Part shown: positions 31,600 through 44,348 of the stretch, in pieces | Layout: every line of letters begins with the position of its first letter | Numbering within the stretch: the first letter of the stretch is position 1 | Assembly (NCBI GenBank): GCA_963804165.1 | Contig: CAWDPO010000024.1 | Span: 64,001-128,000 of the forward strand | Origin: an uncultured delta proteobacterium | Lineage (GTDB): Bacteria > Desulfobacterota > Binatia > UBA9968 | DNA: 64,000 nucleotides | Direction of reading: 5' to 3' | Notes under the pieces: model-generated | The model's database searches: none | What the model saw: the letters and a program-made list of their open reading frames with translations, nothing else | Told to the model about the DNA's origin: nothing | Position numbers and translations under genes: made by a program

Positions 31600-32568
31600 A
31601 TGAAAGCAGTTCGCGTCCACAATCCCGGCGGTCCTGAAGTTCTGACCTATGAAGACATCCCGATGCCTGAGCCCAAAGCCGGCGAGGTGCGCGTGAAGAT
31701 CGACGCGACCGGAATGAACTTCATCGACATTTATCATCGTACTGGACTCTATCCGCTGAAAACCCCGTTTACGCTCGGAGTGGAAGGCGCCGGCACTGTC
31801 GACGCGGTCGGGGACGGCGTGACGGAAGTCAAAAAGGGCGAGCGCGTCGCTTACGCGATGATCCCGGGTTCCTACGCCGAATACGCGATCGTGCCCGCAG
31901 CGAGGCTCGTTCCGGTGCCGGGAAATGTCGATACCAAAACGGCCGCGGCGACTATGCTCCAAGGCATGACCGCGCATTATCTTACGCGCGGCGCATACGA
32001 TTTGAAAAAGGGCGACACCGCGCTCGTTCATGCGGCGGCGGGAGGGGTCGGATTGCTCCTGGTCCAGGCCGCCAAAATGCTCGGCGCCAGAGTGATCGGC
32101 ACCGTATCCAATGAAACGAAAGCAGAGCTGGCACGGCAAGCGGGCGCTGATGAGATTATTTTATACACCCAGTCGGATTTCCTTGCGGAAGTGAAAACAT
32201 TGACCGAGGGTCGGGGCGTCAACGTCGTCTATGATTCTGTGGGCGCCACAACATTCGACAAGAGCCTCGATTGTCTCAAGCCGCGCGGTTACCTCGTACT
32301 CTTCGGCCAGTCCAGCGGACCGGTGGCGTCATTTGATCCGGGGAAATTGGCGGCAAAGGGTTCACTCTTTCTCACCCGTCCGAGTTTGGCGCACTATACG
32401 CTCGATCGCGCGGAGCTGTTGCAGCGGGCCGGCGAGTTACTTGGCTGGATTCAATCGGGCAAACTCAAGCCGCGCATCGAGAAGGTCGTTCCGATGAAAG
32501 ACGCTGCTGAGGCGCAGCGCCAGCTCGAGGGACGCAAAACGACAGGGAAGATTGTTCTCATTCCTTAG
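31600..32568 (+). CDS. qor: NADPH:quinone oxidoreductase (zeta-crystallin/MDR)
   Basis: GMNFIDIYHRTGLY, HAAAGGVG, YDSVG, FGQSSG, KGSLFLTRPSL. Confidence 0.95.
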   Translation: MKAVRVHNPGGPEVLTYEDIPMPEPKAGEVRVKIDATGMNFIDIYHRTGLYPLKTPFTLGVEGAGTVDAVGDGVTEVKKGERVAYAMIPGSYAEYAIVPAARLVPVPGNVDTKTAAATMLQGMTAHYLTRGAYDLKKGDTALVHAAAGGVGLLLVQAAKMLGARVIGTVSNETKAELARQAGADEIILYTQSDFLAEVKTLTEGRGVNVVYDSVGATTFDKSLDCLKPRGYLVLFGQSSGPVASFDPGKLAAKGSLFLTRPSLAHYTLDRAELLQRAGELLGWIQSGKLKPRIEKVVPMKDAAEAQRQLEGRKTTGKIVLIP

Positions 32569-33124
32569 CGGGAGGGTTTTGTCCGGCGCGGGGCGGGCGC
32601 GCCGCGCGCGACTCGAGCGAATCGGCGAATTTCTTCCGCTGCTCCGCTGTGAGGACCGCTTTGGCCTGTTCGATGACCTTGACCCGGGCGATACGCAAGT
32701 CGGCGCGCAATTTTTCCGCCTCGCGAATCTTCGCTTCAACTTTTCCGACATCGACCGTTGGACTATCGAGTAAAGTCGCAATATCGAGCTCGACGATGCG
32801 CGCGTCGGCTTCGTTGCGAATGCTCTGGCGCTGAAAGCTGTCGCGCAGTTGCTCGAGTTTTTTTACTTGATCGGGCGACAGGCCGAGATAATCCTTGTAG
32901 CGGAGCATTTGCGTAATTGCGGGCCGGTCTTCTGATGATTCCCGGCTGCCGAAGCGCTCCTTCAATCGACCGCCCCAATCCTGCAGAGCTTGTTGAAGAC
33001 GATCCCACGCCTCGCTAAGTTCCTCCGGAACGGATTGCCGGAATTTTTCCGCTTCGGCGCCGATCGCCGGCGTAGCGAAGCTGAGACAGCACGCCAGAAA
33101 ACCTCCGACGATGAGTCGTCTCAT
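32558..33124 (-). CDS. Periplasmic Spy/CpxP-like helical protein
   Basis: Signal peptide; LGLSPDQ and VLTAEQR (LTxxQ) motifs. Confidence 0.8.
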   Translation of the reverse strand: MRRLIVGGFLACCLSFATPAIGAEAEKFRQSVPEELSEAWDRLQQALQDWGGRLKERFGSRESSEDRPAITQMLRYKDYLGLSPDQVKKLEQLRDSFQRQSIRNEADARIVELDIATLLDSPTVDVGKVEAKIREAEKLRADLRIARVKVIEQAKAVLTAEQRKKFADSLESRAARPPRAGQNPPAKE

Positions 33125-33230
33125 GGATAAATTCTCTCGGTCGTCGCGCGCGATCGAGTCGTGACCGCCACGAACAAGAACTCGGCCCCGCCGTAGTGGC
33201 GGACTTGCCTCGCACGACTTGATTGGAAGA

Positions 33231-34064
33231 CTACGGCCACTCCGCCACGCCGAGATCAGGCAGGTTGATAATATCCGCGTTTACGTCTTTGACGCCCGGA
33301 ATCTGCCTGATCTTCGACACCACCGCTTGCTCAGACATCCAGCTGGGGACGGACCCGGAGACCGCGACCATGCCAGCCGATGCTTTAACGTCGAGCCGCG
33401 TCCGTGGCATATCCGCCGACATCGCCAACACAGCCTTTACCCGCGACGCCAACGCAAAATCCTCGAACGCCTGTTTCGACGCCGGACTCATCTGGTAATC
33501 CGGCAAGCTCACCGCCTCGCAGATCAGATGCTTGGCCGCACCGACGCTCATTCGTCCCAGATTGACCACCAGATCGAACCTGCTCGGATCGCGCCAATCG
33601 ACGCCGAACATCGCCATGAGCCGGCGACTGCGAGCCTTGTCGGTCTCTTCGATAAAGCGTCGCGCGGCCGCTTCACCGAGTCCCTGGCGGGTTTTGACTT
33701 GTTCGATGCGCTTTTCCATCGGCGCGGTCAACAAGACTTTAAGCACATGGGTAAAACCGGGCAGCAGCTCATGCCCCAGATGTCCGTGGTAGACGAGATG
33801 GCTCTGCCCTTCGGTGACGGCGATTTGACAGAAAGCGGCTTGCAGGGCGATCCGGTAAGGCTGCAAATTTTCCATGAACCGGTCCCACCAGTTCGATCCT
33901 TTTTCGACGATGTCGTTCAGCTTGGCTTCAGGGATGTTGTAGCGAAGACTTGCCTCGACCAGCACTTCGCGGCTAATAGAGCTACAGCCTAAAGATTGCG
34001 CTACCGCGTCGGCCAACTCTTCGCCGCTGCCTGAAGCGCCTTGATAAATGGTAATGATCGCCAT
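33231..34064 (-). CDS. Cytidylate-kinase-like family protein with C-terminal BON domain
   Basis: IITIYQGASGSGEE, VYHGH, A(P)MEKRI, FDLVVN; C-terminal BON-like GMVAVSG...IPGVKDV. Confidence 0.8.
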   Translation of the reverse strand: MAIITIYQGASGSGEELADAVAQSLGCSSISREVLVEASLRYNIPEAKLNDIVEKGSNWWDRFMENLQPYRIALQAAFCQIAVTEGQSHLVYHGHLGHELLPGFTHVLKVLLTAPMEKRIEQVKTRQGLGEAAARRFIEETDKARSRRLMAMFGVDWRDPSRFDLVVNLGRMSVGAAKHLICEAVSLPDYQMSPASKQAFEDFALASRVKAVLAMSADMPRTRLDVKASAGMVAVSGSVPSWMSEQAVVSKIRQIPGVKDVNADIINLPDLGVAEWP

Positions 34065-34134
34065 GATCCTCGACCTCCTGTCGGCTAACGCGCGGTCATT
34101 CTTCGTAACGCGCACGGGAACACAACCGAACTTG

Positions 34135-34665
34135 CTAAGGGCTCACTTGCAAATCCGCGTGATGGCGCCAAAAATAGGCCGCCATCGCCGCGGCCGCCAA
34201 AAGATTGCCAACCAGCACCGACAGCCACGCGATCGCGTGCAGAATCGATTGCGCGAAAATCAGCGCTGCGCCGACGAAGCCGAACTCAAAGATGACGAAG
34301 AGGAGCAAAATGCCAAAACCCGCGTTGACATCGCGCTCGGCAATCGCCAGCAGCTTGGCAGCGATGCCGCCGATCACGCAGAAAACCAATCCATGAACCC
34401 AGGTGTAGACAAGTACCATCTCGAACGAAATGGCGAGCGTCTGCGGTTGATCGAGGCCGGCGCCGTGGCGGAAGAGCGCCGTTCCCAGCACGTTCGGCGT
34501 GTAGAAAAACGGATGTCCGCTAATCAAATCGACAAGAAAAAACCAAATTGCGATCGTCGCCGCGCCCAGGACGCCGGCTTCGATGCCTTGTCGATAGGAG
34601 TCAGAGATTGCCGCTGTGGGTGAAAGAACGTCAGTAGGGTTTGAAGTGCCAGATGGGACTGCCAT
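34135..34665 (-). CDS. Hypothetical 4-TM membrane protein
   Basis: Hydrophobic helices; AIWFFLVD..SGHPFFYTPNVLG. Confidence 0.7.
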   Translation of the reverse strand: MAVPSGTSNPTDVLSPTAAISDSYRQGIEAGVLGAATIAIWFFLVDLISGHPFFYTPNVLGTALFRHGAGLDQPQTLAISFEMVLVYTWVHGLVFCVIGGIAAKLLAIAERDVNAGFGILLLFVIFEFGFVGAALIFAQSILHAIAWLSVLVGNLLAAAAMAAYFWRHHADLQVSP

Positions 34666-34940
34666 GGAAGATCCTCCTCGGCCGACCGACGGCCTGGGTT
34701 ACTCCACAACCGTTTCGTGCGCCTTCGCCGCTACCGGGGTCAACGCTAGCACCCGCACTCCTTCTGGTCAATGATTTCTTCTGCCGTCGCCTCAAGGGAA
34801 ATCTCTAACGGAGCCCGCGTACGAGAGGTCGTGTCTGCAGTGAATTCCGGGTGAGAATTGCGGCACCCGTCACGCTTTGCACGACGGGTGGATTGCGGCG
34901 CTCGTTCGTGGTTTAATCGTCGCGGTGATTAAGCCTCATC

Positions 34941-36122
34941 ATGTTCACGCCATTTTTCAACATCGGTCTTGCTGACGTAGCCGACATCTTGGTCGTTGCG
35001 GTGCTTCTCTACACCTCAACGGCTTGGCTCAAAGAGACTCGAGCTGCTTTCATCATTAGAGGCATTTTCATTATCGCGGCGATTTATATTATCGCCCGGT
35101 ATTTCGATCTGCAGTTGACAGCATGGTTATTTCAAGGTTTCTTCGCGATCTTCTTGATCATTATCGTAGTCATTTTTCAGGAAGAGCTGAGACAAATTTT
35201 CGAGCGGATCGCGGTTTGGAGCCTGGCGTCGAAAACCATCCGGCCGCTGCGTTCCGACGCCGTCGATATTCTGGTTGGAACTCTCGCCGATCTGGCCAAG
35301 GATAAAATCGGCGCGCTGATCGTGCTCGAAGGCAAAGATCCCATCGCGCGCCACATCATGGGCGGAATCGAATTGGAAGGGAAACTCAGCGAGCCTCTAC
35401 TGAAAAGCATTTTCGATCCTCACTCGCCTGGACATGATGGCGCGGTCATTATCGGTAACGAGCGTATTATCCGGTTTGCCGCGCATCTGCCGCTTTCCAA
35501 CGATTTCCGACAACTCGCCAACGTCGGCACACGGCACAGCGCCGCCCTCGGACTCGCCGAGCTGAGCGACGCGCTGTGCATCGCGGTTTCCGAGGAAAAA
35601 GGCACAATTTCGCTGGCCCGGGACGGTCGGCTTCGTCAACTCGACAACGTCCAAGAAGTCGGTTTATTGCTGCGACGATTTCTCCAGGAAAAGTATCCGT
35701 TGCCGGGCCAAAGTAAGATTTCGATGTCTCTGATCAGAGAGAACTGGCTGGCCAAACTAGTGACATTCTCGCTGGCCGCGGGTCTCTGGTATGTTCTGGT
35801 GCCCGGGTCCAGCACCGTTGAAGTCACCTACAAATTGCCCGTGCAAGTGCAAAACCTCCCCCCCGAGTATCACGTGGATGAAGTGCAGCCGCCCGAGGTC
35901 TCCGCGACCTTCATCGGTCCGAAGCGCGCGTTTTACTTCTTCGATCCGACAAAACTCAAAGTCACTGTGGATGTCTCCTCAGTGGAAACGGGCCATAAAA
36001 CTTTGCGGCTTTCCGAACAAAACGTTCAACACCCCCAAGATCTGACGCTGCAGCAGCTCAATCCCACCACGCTCAGAATCTCCGTGCGTAAAGTATCCCG
36101 AGAGCAAGCAGACAAAGGTTAA
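34941..36122 (+). CDS. cdaA: Diadenylate cyclase CdaA fused to YbbR (CdaR-like) domain
   Basis: 3 N-terminal TMs, VIFQEELR, GALIV, HDGAV, GTRHSAALG, VSEEKG, then TM plus YbbR-like beta domain. Confidence 0.88.
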   Translation: MFTPFFNIGLADVADILVVAVLLYTSTAWLKETRAAFIIRGIFIIAAIYIIARYFDLQLTAWLFQGFFAIFLIIIVVIFQEELRQIFERIAVWSLASKTIRPLRSDAVDILVGTLADLAKDKIGALIVLEGKDPIARHIMGGIELEGKLSEPLLKSIFDPHSPGHDGAVIIGNERIIRFAAHLPLSNDFRQLANVGTRHSAALGLAELSDALCIAVSEEKGTISLARDGRLRQLDNVQEVGLLLRRFLQEKYPLPGQSKISMSLIRENWLAKLVTFSLAAGLWYVLVPGSSTVEVTYKLPVQVQNLPPEYHVDEVQPPEVSATFIGPKRAFYFFDPTKLKVTVDVSSVETGHKTLRLSEQNVQHPQDLTLQQLNPTTLRISVRKVSREQADKG

Positions 36123-36135
36123 GCCGCGGCGGTAA

Positions 36136-39100
36136 TTAATCCGCAGGGCGCAAAATATCGAATATGCCGCGAATGGGCACGCTGATCCAATCGGGACGAT
36201 TATTCAGCTCGTAGTGCAATTCGTATACGCTCTTGTACAGCAGGTACAGATCCAGCAAGCTCTTTAGTTCTTCATTCGACCCCGGCAGAAACCCTTTGCT
36301 GCGGCTGGACTCCAGGTAGCTTTGGAGAAAAACCACGGAGACCCAAAAGCTCCAGCTTTTGGACAACAACTGAGACCGGGAAAGGTCTTCCGGGCGTATA
36401 TCGCCGCTTTTTAAAAATGACAGAGCCGCGTAATCGAACGAGCGCAGCATGCCCGCGACATCGCTCAGAGGCGATCGTTTACTGCGGCGTTCGCTGAGGG
36501 GCTGTGCCGGCTCTCCCTCGAAATCGGTAATGACAAAATCCTTACCGGTATAGAGCACCTGGCCCAGGTGATAATCCCCATGACAGCGAATGCGCAACGC
36601 CGTGATCTTTTGATCGACGACAAAACGGAACCGGCCCAAGATATCGCTCTTGAGCGCTAAAATGCTCTCCGCTTCGCCGCGCACGTCTTCGGGCAAGGTC
36701 TTGAGTCGATCGCGCAAAAGAGCAAGAGCCCGGTCCGCGAGCGTGCGCATACTTTGGTAGGCGGAGCGGCGATAAAAAGGAGTAAAGGGCTCGGGGATAA
36801 AGTCGGGGTCATTGACGTCCGCGGCCAGCGCCACGTGAAACTCTCCCGTTCGCTGGCCCAGGAGTCGCACCGACTCCAGGTAGGTTCCGATCACATCTCG
36901 CACCGCGTGCGGCAATTCCCGATTGATGAAATCCAACGGATGTCCCGCGGGACGGGACAAATCCGCCGGAATCTCCGTGGTGGCAAAACAATTCTCGAAG
37001 AAGTCGCCAAGGTGGTCCAGCGTGTAGCGCCAAGCATCGCCCTCGTTTCTGATCCAGTTTTGTAGAATACCGAGGGTGGCGCTGCGGTTGTTCCCCTGCT
37101 GCAATTGAAAGCTACCGGCCAGCTGGGGAATATGTTCGAAGGAAGTTTTTTCGGTGAGAAAGCGACCGATCTCCAGGTCGGGATTCACGCCGTCCTGCCA
37201 ACGACGAAACATTTTAAGGATGAAACGGTCGCCGTAGACGATCGAGGTATTGCTCTGTTCCCTCTTCGAAGGGGCCGGTTCCAGTAACGCGTTGGTGTCG
37301 CCCCTGAGATGGCGAAAGAGTTTCGACGGTGCGGCGACAATTTCGCTTGAATTTCCTTTAAAGCTGCGTCGCCGTGAAATCGCGTCGAGCAAAACTTTGA
37401 GGAACGCGCGGTCGTAGAGCGCGTCGACGAGGATGCCTTCGGCGACCTCGCCGTCGCTCTTCGCTTTAAGCCGTGTGATCAGCGCCTGCGGAAATGACTG
37501 CTGCAGTTCCGCCGCGCGTTCGCCCATAACAAACGCGAGCGGCAAAAAATAACTCTCGGGTTCGCCATCTGCGTAGTTAACCACCACCGCGGCAAAAAGA
37601 GCTTTAGTCGAGTCGAACGGGATAGGCACCGCTTCGGCAAAGCTGATCGATCGAATCCTCCGTGCCTTACCGCCAAACCACCGGCAGTTTTTCAGATAAC
37701 CGGGAAGAATTTTTTCCAGTGCCGATTTGGCGCCGGGCGCAAGGATCCGGTCCCACGTACCGGTGACCTCCAGCGAAGCCAGCGATACTTCATCCGCCGC
37801 CCGCGGCGCCGCCGGGTGCGCGGTCTCAATTTTGAACCAATAGAAAGCGTGCGGCCCAAGTGTGATGAAGTAAGGCAGATCGCCCGATCGGTGGGAATTC
37901 GGTCTGGCCGAAGAGTTCCACCGGTACGCTCCCTTTGAATTCCGAGAGATCGATTTCCGCGCACTGAACAAAGCGCGACAAGTTGGCCACCGTGAGGATG
38001 ATTTCGTCCTGCAAGCGCCGGATAAAAACCAAAACGCGGCGGTTTTCGGGAAAGAGAAACTCGAGTCGTGCCGCGGCTGAAAGCGTGAAACCGTTTGCGC
38101 AGCACGATCAGCCGTTTCATCCACCACAGCGGTGAGCTCAGATTCTGCTGCTGCGCCTCGACGTTGATCGCCTCGTAGTGGTGTTCCGGGTCGACAATGA
38201 TCGGCAGATAAAGCCGCTGCGGGTTGGCTCGGGAAAAACCCGCGTTGCGGTCTGCGCTCCACTGCATCGGCGTGCGCACGCCGTTGCGGTCGCCCAGGTA
38301 GAAATTGTCGCCCATGCCGATCTCATCGCCGTAATAGATCACCGGCGTGCCGGGCAATGAAAAGAGCAACGCATTGAGCAACTCGATTTTCCTGCGGTTG
38401 TTGCCCAACAGCGGCGTCAAGCGGCGGCGAATGCCGAGATTGAGTCGCGCCTTGGGATCGGTAGCGTAGACTTTGTACATGTAGTCGCGATCCTCATCGG
38501 TCACCATTTCCAGCGTCAGCTCGTCGTGGTTGCGCAAAAACAAGGTCCACTGGCTGTTGGCCGGGAATCTCCGGAGTTTGGTTGAGAATATCGACGATCG
38601 GAAATCGGTCTTCCATGTGCACGGACATAAAAATGCGCGGCATCACCGGGAAAGTGAAACGCCATGTGGCATTCATCGCCGGCGCCGAAATAGGTGACCG
38701 CCTCTTCCGGCCACTGGTTGGCTTCGGCAAGCAGCATGCGATTGCGATATTTCTCATCGACGTGGCGGCGCAGCTCTTTTAAGAACTGATGGGTTTCCGG
38801 CAGATTTTCGCAATTGGTTCCTTCGCGCTCGAAAAGATAAGGAACCGCGTCCAAGCGCAACCCGTCGACGCCCATCTCCAGCCAAAAATCCACCGTTTCG
38901 AACATGGCGTGTTTGACCACCGGATTGGCAAAATTCAAATCCGGCTGATGGGAATAAAAGCGATGCCAGTAATAAGCCTTGGCCACCGGGTCCCATGCCC
39001 AGTTGGAAGTCTCAAAGTCTTTAAAGATGATGCGCGCCTCTTTGTATTGCTCCTGGTTTTCGCTCCAGACGTAGTAATTGCGCTCCTTGCTGCCGGGCGC

Positions 39101-39493
39101 CGCCCGCCGCGCTCGTTGAAACCACGGGTGTTGATCCGATGTGTGATTGAGCACGAGCTCGGTAATTACGCGCAGGCCGCGCCGGTGCGCCTCGGTAAGG
39201 AAAGTTTTAAAGTCCTTCAGCGTGCCGTAGTCGGGGTGGATTTCGGTATAGCTGGCGATGTCATAACCGTCGTCTTTCAACGGCGAGGGATAGAACGGCA
39301 AAAGCCAAAGCGCCGTGACGCCCAGATCGTAAAGATAATCCAATTTCTCGGTGAGCCCTTGAAAGTCGCCGATGCCGTCGGCATTGCCGTCGGAAAACGC
39401 CCGGACATGGAGCTCATAAATGACCGCGTTCTTATACCAAAGCGGGTCGTCGTCGAGAGCGAAGTCTTGCGTGGTTTTTCTTGCGCGCCTCAT
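36136..39493 (-). CDS. treS: Trehalose synthase-maltokinase fusion TreS/Mak; frameshifts ~37890-38050, ~38560, ~38650
   Basis: [36 protein letters not shown]; Mak part [26 protein letters not shown]. Confidence 0.93.
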
Positions 39494-39497
39494 GATG

Positions 39498-41501
39498 TCA
39501 CATGAAATAGTCGAAATCCTGCTCGCGCCGCACGCGCCGGCGCAGCCGCAAGATGTGGGCCGGCGCCATATTCGGATCGAGCGCGACGTAATTTTTTTCG
39601 CCATGCCAAAGAAAACGCGCGCCGCTCAAAAGATCGTGCGCCTGATACGAGGCATCGAGCCGCAGCGCTTCCACCGGGATTTTGACCCACCCCGACTGCA
39701 CATGGTGCGGATCCAGATTCACCACGACGGCGACCACGTTGCCGAGATCCTCCGTCTGCTTTGTGTAGCAGATGATCTGCTCGTTATCGACCTCGTGGAA
39801 CTGTAGGCTCCAATCGCTCTGCAGCGCGGGATTCTCCCTGCGAATCCCGTTGATCCGCGCGATAAATTCTTTCAGACTGTCCGCACTTTCGCGGTCCCAA
39901 TGTTTAATCTCATATTTTTCCGAATCGAAATACTCTTCGCTGCCGGGCTCGCGTGGACGCGCTTCGAAAAGTTCGAACGCCGGTCCGTAAATCCCGTAGC
40001 TGGCTCCCAGTGTCGCCGCCAGAACCAGGCGGATCATGAAGGCTGGGCGGCCGCCGAATTGCAAATACTCGGTCAAAATATCCGGCGTGTTCGGCCACAG
40101 GTTGGGGCGAAAGTACTCGCGCACTTCGGTTTGCGCGAGCTCCTGAAAATACTGCGTGATCTCGGGCTTGGTGTTCCGCCAGGCAAAGTAGCTATAGGAT
40201 TGGCTGAAGCCGAGCTTGGCCAGCCGGTACATCACCTTGGGACGGGTGAACGCTTCGGCAAGAAAAATCACCTCCGGGTGATCCTTTTTCATTTCGCCGA
40301 TCAGCCATTCCCAAAACGGCAGCGGCTTGGTGTGCGGGTTATCGACCCGAAAAATGCGGATTCCCTGTTCGCGCCAAAATTCAACGACGCTTTTTAGTTC
40401 CTGCCAGAGCTCACGCCATTGATCCGAGGTGAAATCCAGGGGGTAGATATCTTGATATTTTTTCGGCGGGTTTTCGGCGTACTGAACGGTACCATCCGGA
40501 CGCCAGCGAAACCACTGTGGATGTTCTTTGACATAGGGATGATCGGGGCTGCACTGATAGGCCAGATCCAAAGCGACTTCGAGGCCAAGAGTCTCGGCTT
40601 TTCGGACGAATCTTTTGAAATCTTCGAGAGTCCCGAGACGCGGATGAACGGACTTGTGGCCACCCTCGTCGGAACCGATCGCCCAGGGGCTGCCCGGGTC
40701 ATTTGCCGTGGCCGTCACCGAATTGTTTTTCCCCTTGCGGTGGGTGTACCCGATCGGATGAATCGGCGGCAGATACAGAATGTCAAAGCCCATCGAGGCG
40801 ACATAGGAAAGCAGCCGCTCGCCGTCCTTAAAAGTCCCGTGCGCGCCGGACTCGGCCGCGCACGACCGCGGAAACATCTCATACCAAGCGCCGCAGCGCG
40901 CTTTCTCGCGGTCGACCACCACGGCGAGTTCCTTGGAATATCGGGTTTCGGCATTTCGATCGGGATAGCGTCCGACCAATCCCAGCAAATCATCGCTGAT
41001 CGCCGTGGCGAGCTTGTCTGATAAAGTTTGGTCGTCGGCGCGCAGGCTTTTTGCCTCCTGCGCGAGTTTTTTTTGATCGGCGGCGGCAGCTCGCTTTGCC
41101 GCTTCTTCGATCCACAGAGCACCGGTCAGAAAGTCCAATTCCGTGTGCGCGCCGACCTCGGCTTTCTTCTGCAAATCGCGTCGCCAGGACTTAAACTGAT
41201 CGACCCATGCGGCAAGCGTATAAACGTAACGGCCGATCTCGGCAGCGACAAACACGCCGCGCCAACGATCGTTCACGAGCAATTTCATCGGCGCTTCGCG
41301 CCAATTTTTTTCCTCTTCGCGCCGGAACAGCAGGCTGCAGGAAATGACCTCGTGGCCGTCGGCGAACATGTCGGCTTCTACCGTCACTGACTCGCCGCAG
41401 GTACGCTTGACCGGAAACAGACCGGCGTCAATTTCCGGCGTGACGTTTTCGATGACAACCCGGCTTCTGCCGTCCCGCGCTGGGTTAAACGATGGCTGCA
41501 T
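39498..41501 (-). CDS. glgE: Alpha-1,4-glucan:maltose-1-phosphate maltosyltransferase
   Basis: [49 protein letters not shown]. Confidence 0.95.
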   Translation of the reverse strand: MQPSFNPARDGRSRVVIENVTPEIDAGLFPVKRTCGESVTVEADMFADGHEVISCSLLFRREEEKNWREAPMKLLVNDRWRGVFVAAEIGRYVYTLAAWVDQFKSWRRDLQKKAEVGAHTELDFLTGALWIEEAAKRAAAADQKKLAQEAKSLRADDQTLSDKLATAISDDLLGLVGRYPDRNAETRYSKELAVVVDREKARCGAWYEMFPRSCAAESGAHGTFKDGERLLSYVASMGFDILYLPPIHPIGYTHRKGKNNSVTATANDPGSPWAIGSDEGGHKSVHPRLGTLEDFKRFVRKAETLGLEVALDLAYQCSPDHPYVKEHPQWFRWRPDGTVQYAENPPKKYQDIYPLDFTSDQWRELWQELKSVVEFWREQGIRIFRVDNPHTKPLPFWEWLIGEMKKDHPEVIFLAEAFTRPKVMYRLAKLGFSQSYSYFAWRNTKPEITQYFQELAQTEVREYFRPNLWPNTPDILTEYLQFGGRPAFMIRLVLAATLGASYGIYGPAFELFEARPREPGSEEYFDSEKYEIKHWDRESADSLKEFIARINGIRRENPALQSDWSLQFHEVDNEQIICYTKQTEDLGNVVAVVVNLDPHHVQSGWVKIPVEALRLDASYQAHDLLSGARFLWHGEKNYVALDPNMAPAHILRLRRRVRREQDFDYFM

Positions 41502-44348
41502 GCGAGCTTTCCTCAATGAGCTGTGATTCCGCCAAAGCGTCCTCGTGATAAAGCAATGCCACCGGAAAATTGTTGAATACGCCGCGCAGAAGCAAATTTT
41601 TCGCTGGCGTCGTATCCGACGCTTCCAAATGTTCGCCGCTGATGATGTCGACCCATCGGCCCGGCATATCGTCGCGCAGGCTGAGCGCAGTCGAATTCCA
41701 AACCTCGGCTCCCAGCGGCGGTGTTCCGTGATAGACCCTATTGGCAACCAAGCACGGCACGACCGCCAGCGCCCAGGTTTGACCTTTGCGTCTGGCGAAC
41801 GCACAAACCGCTTGCCTCGACTCCCCTGTGGCCTCGAGCGCAATATACTCGCCGTCAGTAAACAGCTCCTGGTGCGCCCGGCGAAAGTCTAGCAGTTTGT
41901 GAATCAGATAAAGTTTGATCCGGCCGTCCTCCCAGCGCGACAGCAGATCGCGCAGAAAGCCCGGGCGGTCTTTCACTTCCGCGCCTTTGAGCTCTTCGAG
42001 CAGGTGGCGCCGCTTGGCGTAATCCACCGGCCGGCGGTTGTCCGGGTCGACAAAGCTTAAATCCCAAAGCTCGGTTCCCTGGTAAATGTCCGGCACTCCC
42101 GGCGAAGCTATTTTGAGGAGCGTCTGCGACAGCGAATTAAACATGCCGCAATAGGCGATCCTCTTTGCAAATGGAAGAAATTCTTCCATGAAGCGATTGC
42201 TTTCGGCCGGCGCGAGGATCTGCCGGGCAAAATCGACAAAGGCTTGCTCATAAGCGCCGTCCGGTTTGAGCCATTCAGTATGAACTTTGGCTTCTCTGAC
42301 GGCTTTGATCAAGTAGCTGGTGAGTCTTTCTAGAAATTGCCCATCCTGGTCTTGATTGAGCGGGTGGGAACCGATCAGAGTCTGATAGAGAAAGTATTCG
42401 TCATTGCGGTCCGGCGCTTCCGCGCCTCTGAGCTTGGTCTTTTTCGCCCGGTTAGTTCTGCTCCATGTTCTTAAATTCTTTTCCCATTCGGCGGGCAATT
42501 CCGAGAGCACGTTGATTCGCGCGCGCGCGTCCTCGCCGCGCTTGGTGTCATGGGTAGCCGTGGCGTTCATGGCGTGCGGCCAGTGAGCCAAACGCCGGAG
42601 GTTGAAATCGTGAAACTCTTCGACTGATGCGCCGAACCGATCCGGCGCACCGCCCACTTCATTCAGCGACAGCAAGCGATTATAAACATACAAGGCGGTA
42701 TCTTCCGAGCCTTTGGCCATCAACGGCCCGGTCAGTTGCTGGAAGCGCATGACAAAGTCCGTCCAGCGGTTTCTCTCTTCGTCGGTGGCGTGATCGGCAA
42801 AATCGAGAAGCAGAAAACGGCCGATGTAATTCAATTCGAGAAGCAGTCCGGCGTTGGCTTCCTTGGCCCGCTCGACCGCCGTCGTCAGCTGGCTTCGGTC
42901 TTGGGCGCTAAATGAGCCGGGGCTGACGTAACTGCGATAGACTGGAAAAAATGCCAGCACCTCGACCAGCGCCCTTTTGAGTCCGTAAAGCGTCACATCG
43001 GCGGCGTGACGGTCGCGGCTCGATACCCGTTTGAGCAGGTAAGCGAGGCTTTCAATATCTCCGGCCATGTACTTGCCGATAATCAGCCGCTTCTTTTCCG
43101 TCATCAGCGCCGGCCAGGAAGTCTCGAGTCCGGTAAAGCGCTCATAGATTTGGTTGAACCGGCGCAGCTGCTGGCGTGCGCAGAAAATGCCGTTGAGTAA
43201 ATTCAGATAATCGTAACCCGTCGTTCCTTCGACCGGCCATGCCGACGGCAGCTCTTCATTGACGCCAAGAATCTTTTCCACGGTTAGGTATAAATCGCCG
43301 GCTTCCCGTCGCAGTCTGGCTTGAGATAACCGAGAGGATCATAAAGACCATCGACGTGATCGACCCTGAGGCCGGTAAATTTGCCTTCCCGAACGAACTT
43401 GAAAATCAGCGTGTGGCTATGGCGGAAGACTTTTTCTTCTTCAACCCTCAGGGAAATTAATTCGTTGATATTGAAAAATCGCCGATAATCAAGTTCCTCC
43501 GCCGCGACTTTCCAAAATGACAGGCGATAATGTTGTTGCGACAACAGCCGGTCGAGTAGATTGAAACTTTCCGGATTCCCGGGGATGCCGTTGAATCTGG
43601 CGATATTAGCGTCCAAGTGCTCTTTAATTTCCAGCGTGCCTGTGTAGAGCTCCCAAAGCATTTGTTTCACGAAGAGGATCTGGTCGGCTCGATCGGCGTT
43701 CTCTTGCGACGGCGAAATGTTTTTAAGCGCGTAAAGAACGCCGAGGAGCTTGATGAAATCCACATGATGCGATCCGAGACGTCTTTTGAGCGCGCCGAGA
43801 TCCTGGGTCAATACCTCGCCATAGGACTCGATGATTGACCGGGAGACGCAATTTAAAGTAGTGGATCGTCAGTCCGTTCTCGCCATACTGCAGCGTGATT
43901 TCTCCGTTCTCCAGGCATTCGCCGTAGAAGCCGCCGAGAAACGGCGCGAGCACTTTTCCTCGCATGCTTTCGTAGGGATGCTGCCAATCGATATCGAAAA
44001 AATCAAAGAACGGAGAAGCTTCGCCGTTTTCCAGGACGTCCATGAGCATGCGGTTTTGCCCATCGTAGGCCATGTGATTGGGCACGATATCCTGGATCCA
44101 ACCCAATCCAAGCCGCCTCACGTGTTCGTGCAGCGACTCGAATTCTTCCTCGCTGCCGAGCTCCGGATTGACCTGATTGGGATCGACCACGTCATAGCCG
44201 TGCAGGCTACCCGCTCGTGCATGAAAAATCGGCGACGCGTAAATATCGGTGATGCCGAGAGCATGCAAATACGGCAAAACTGCGCGGCTTCAGTGAAGCC
44301 AAACTCCGGCGTGAATTGCAAGCGATAGGTTGCCGAAGGGATTTTCAT
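41485..44348 (-). CDS. treY: Malto-oligosyltrehalose synthase; frameshifts ~44275, ~43835, ~43300
   Basis: [61 protein letters not shown]. Confidence 0.93.
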
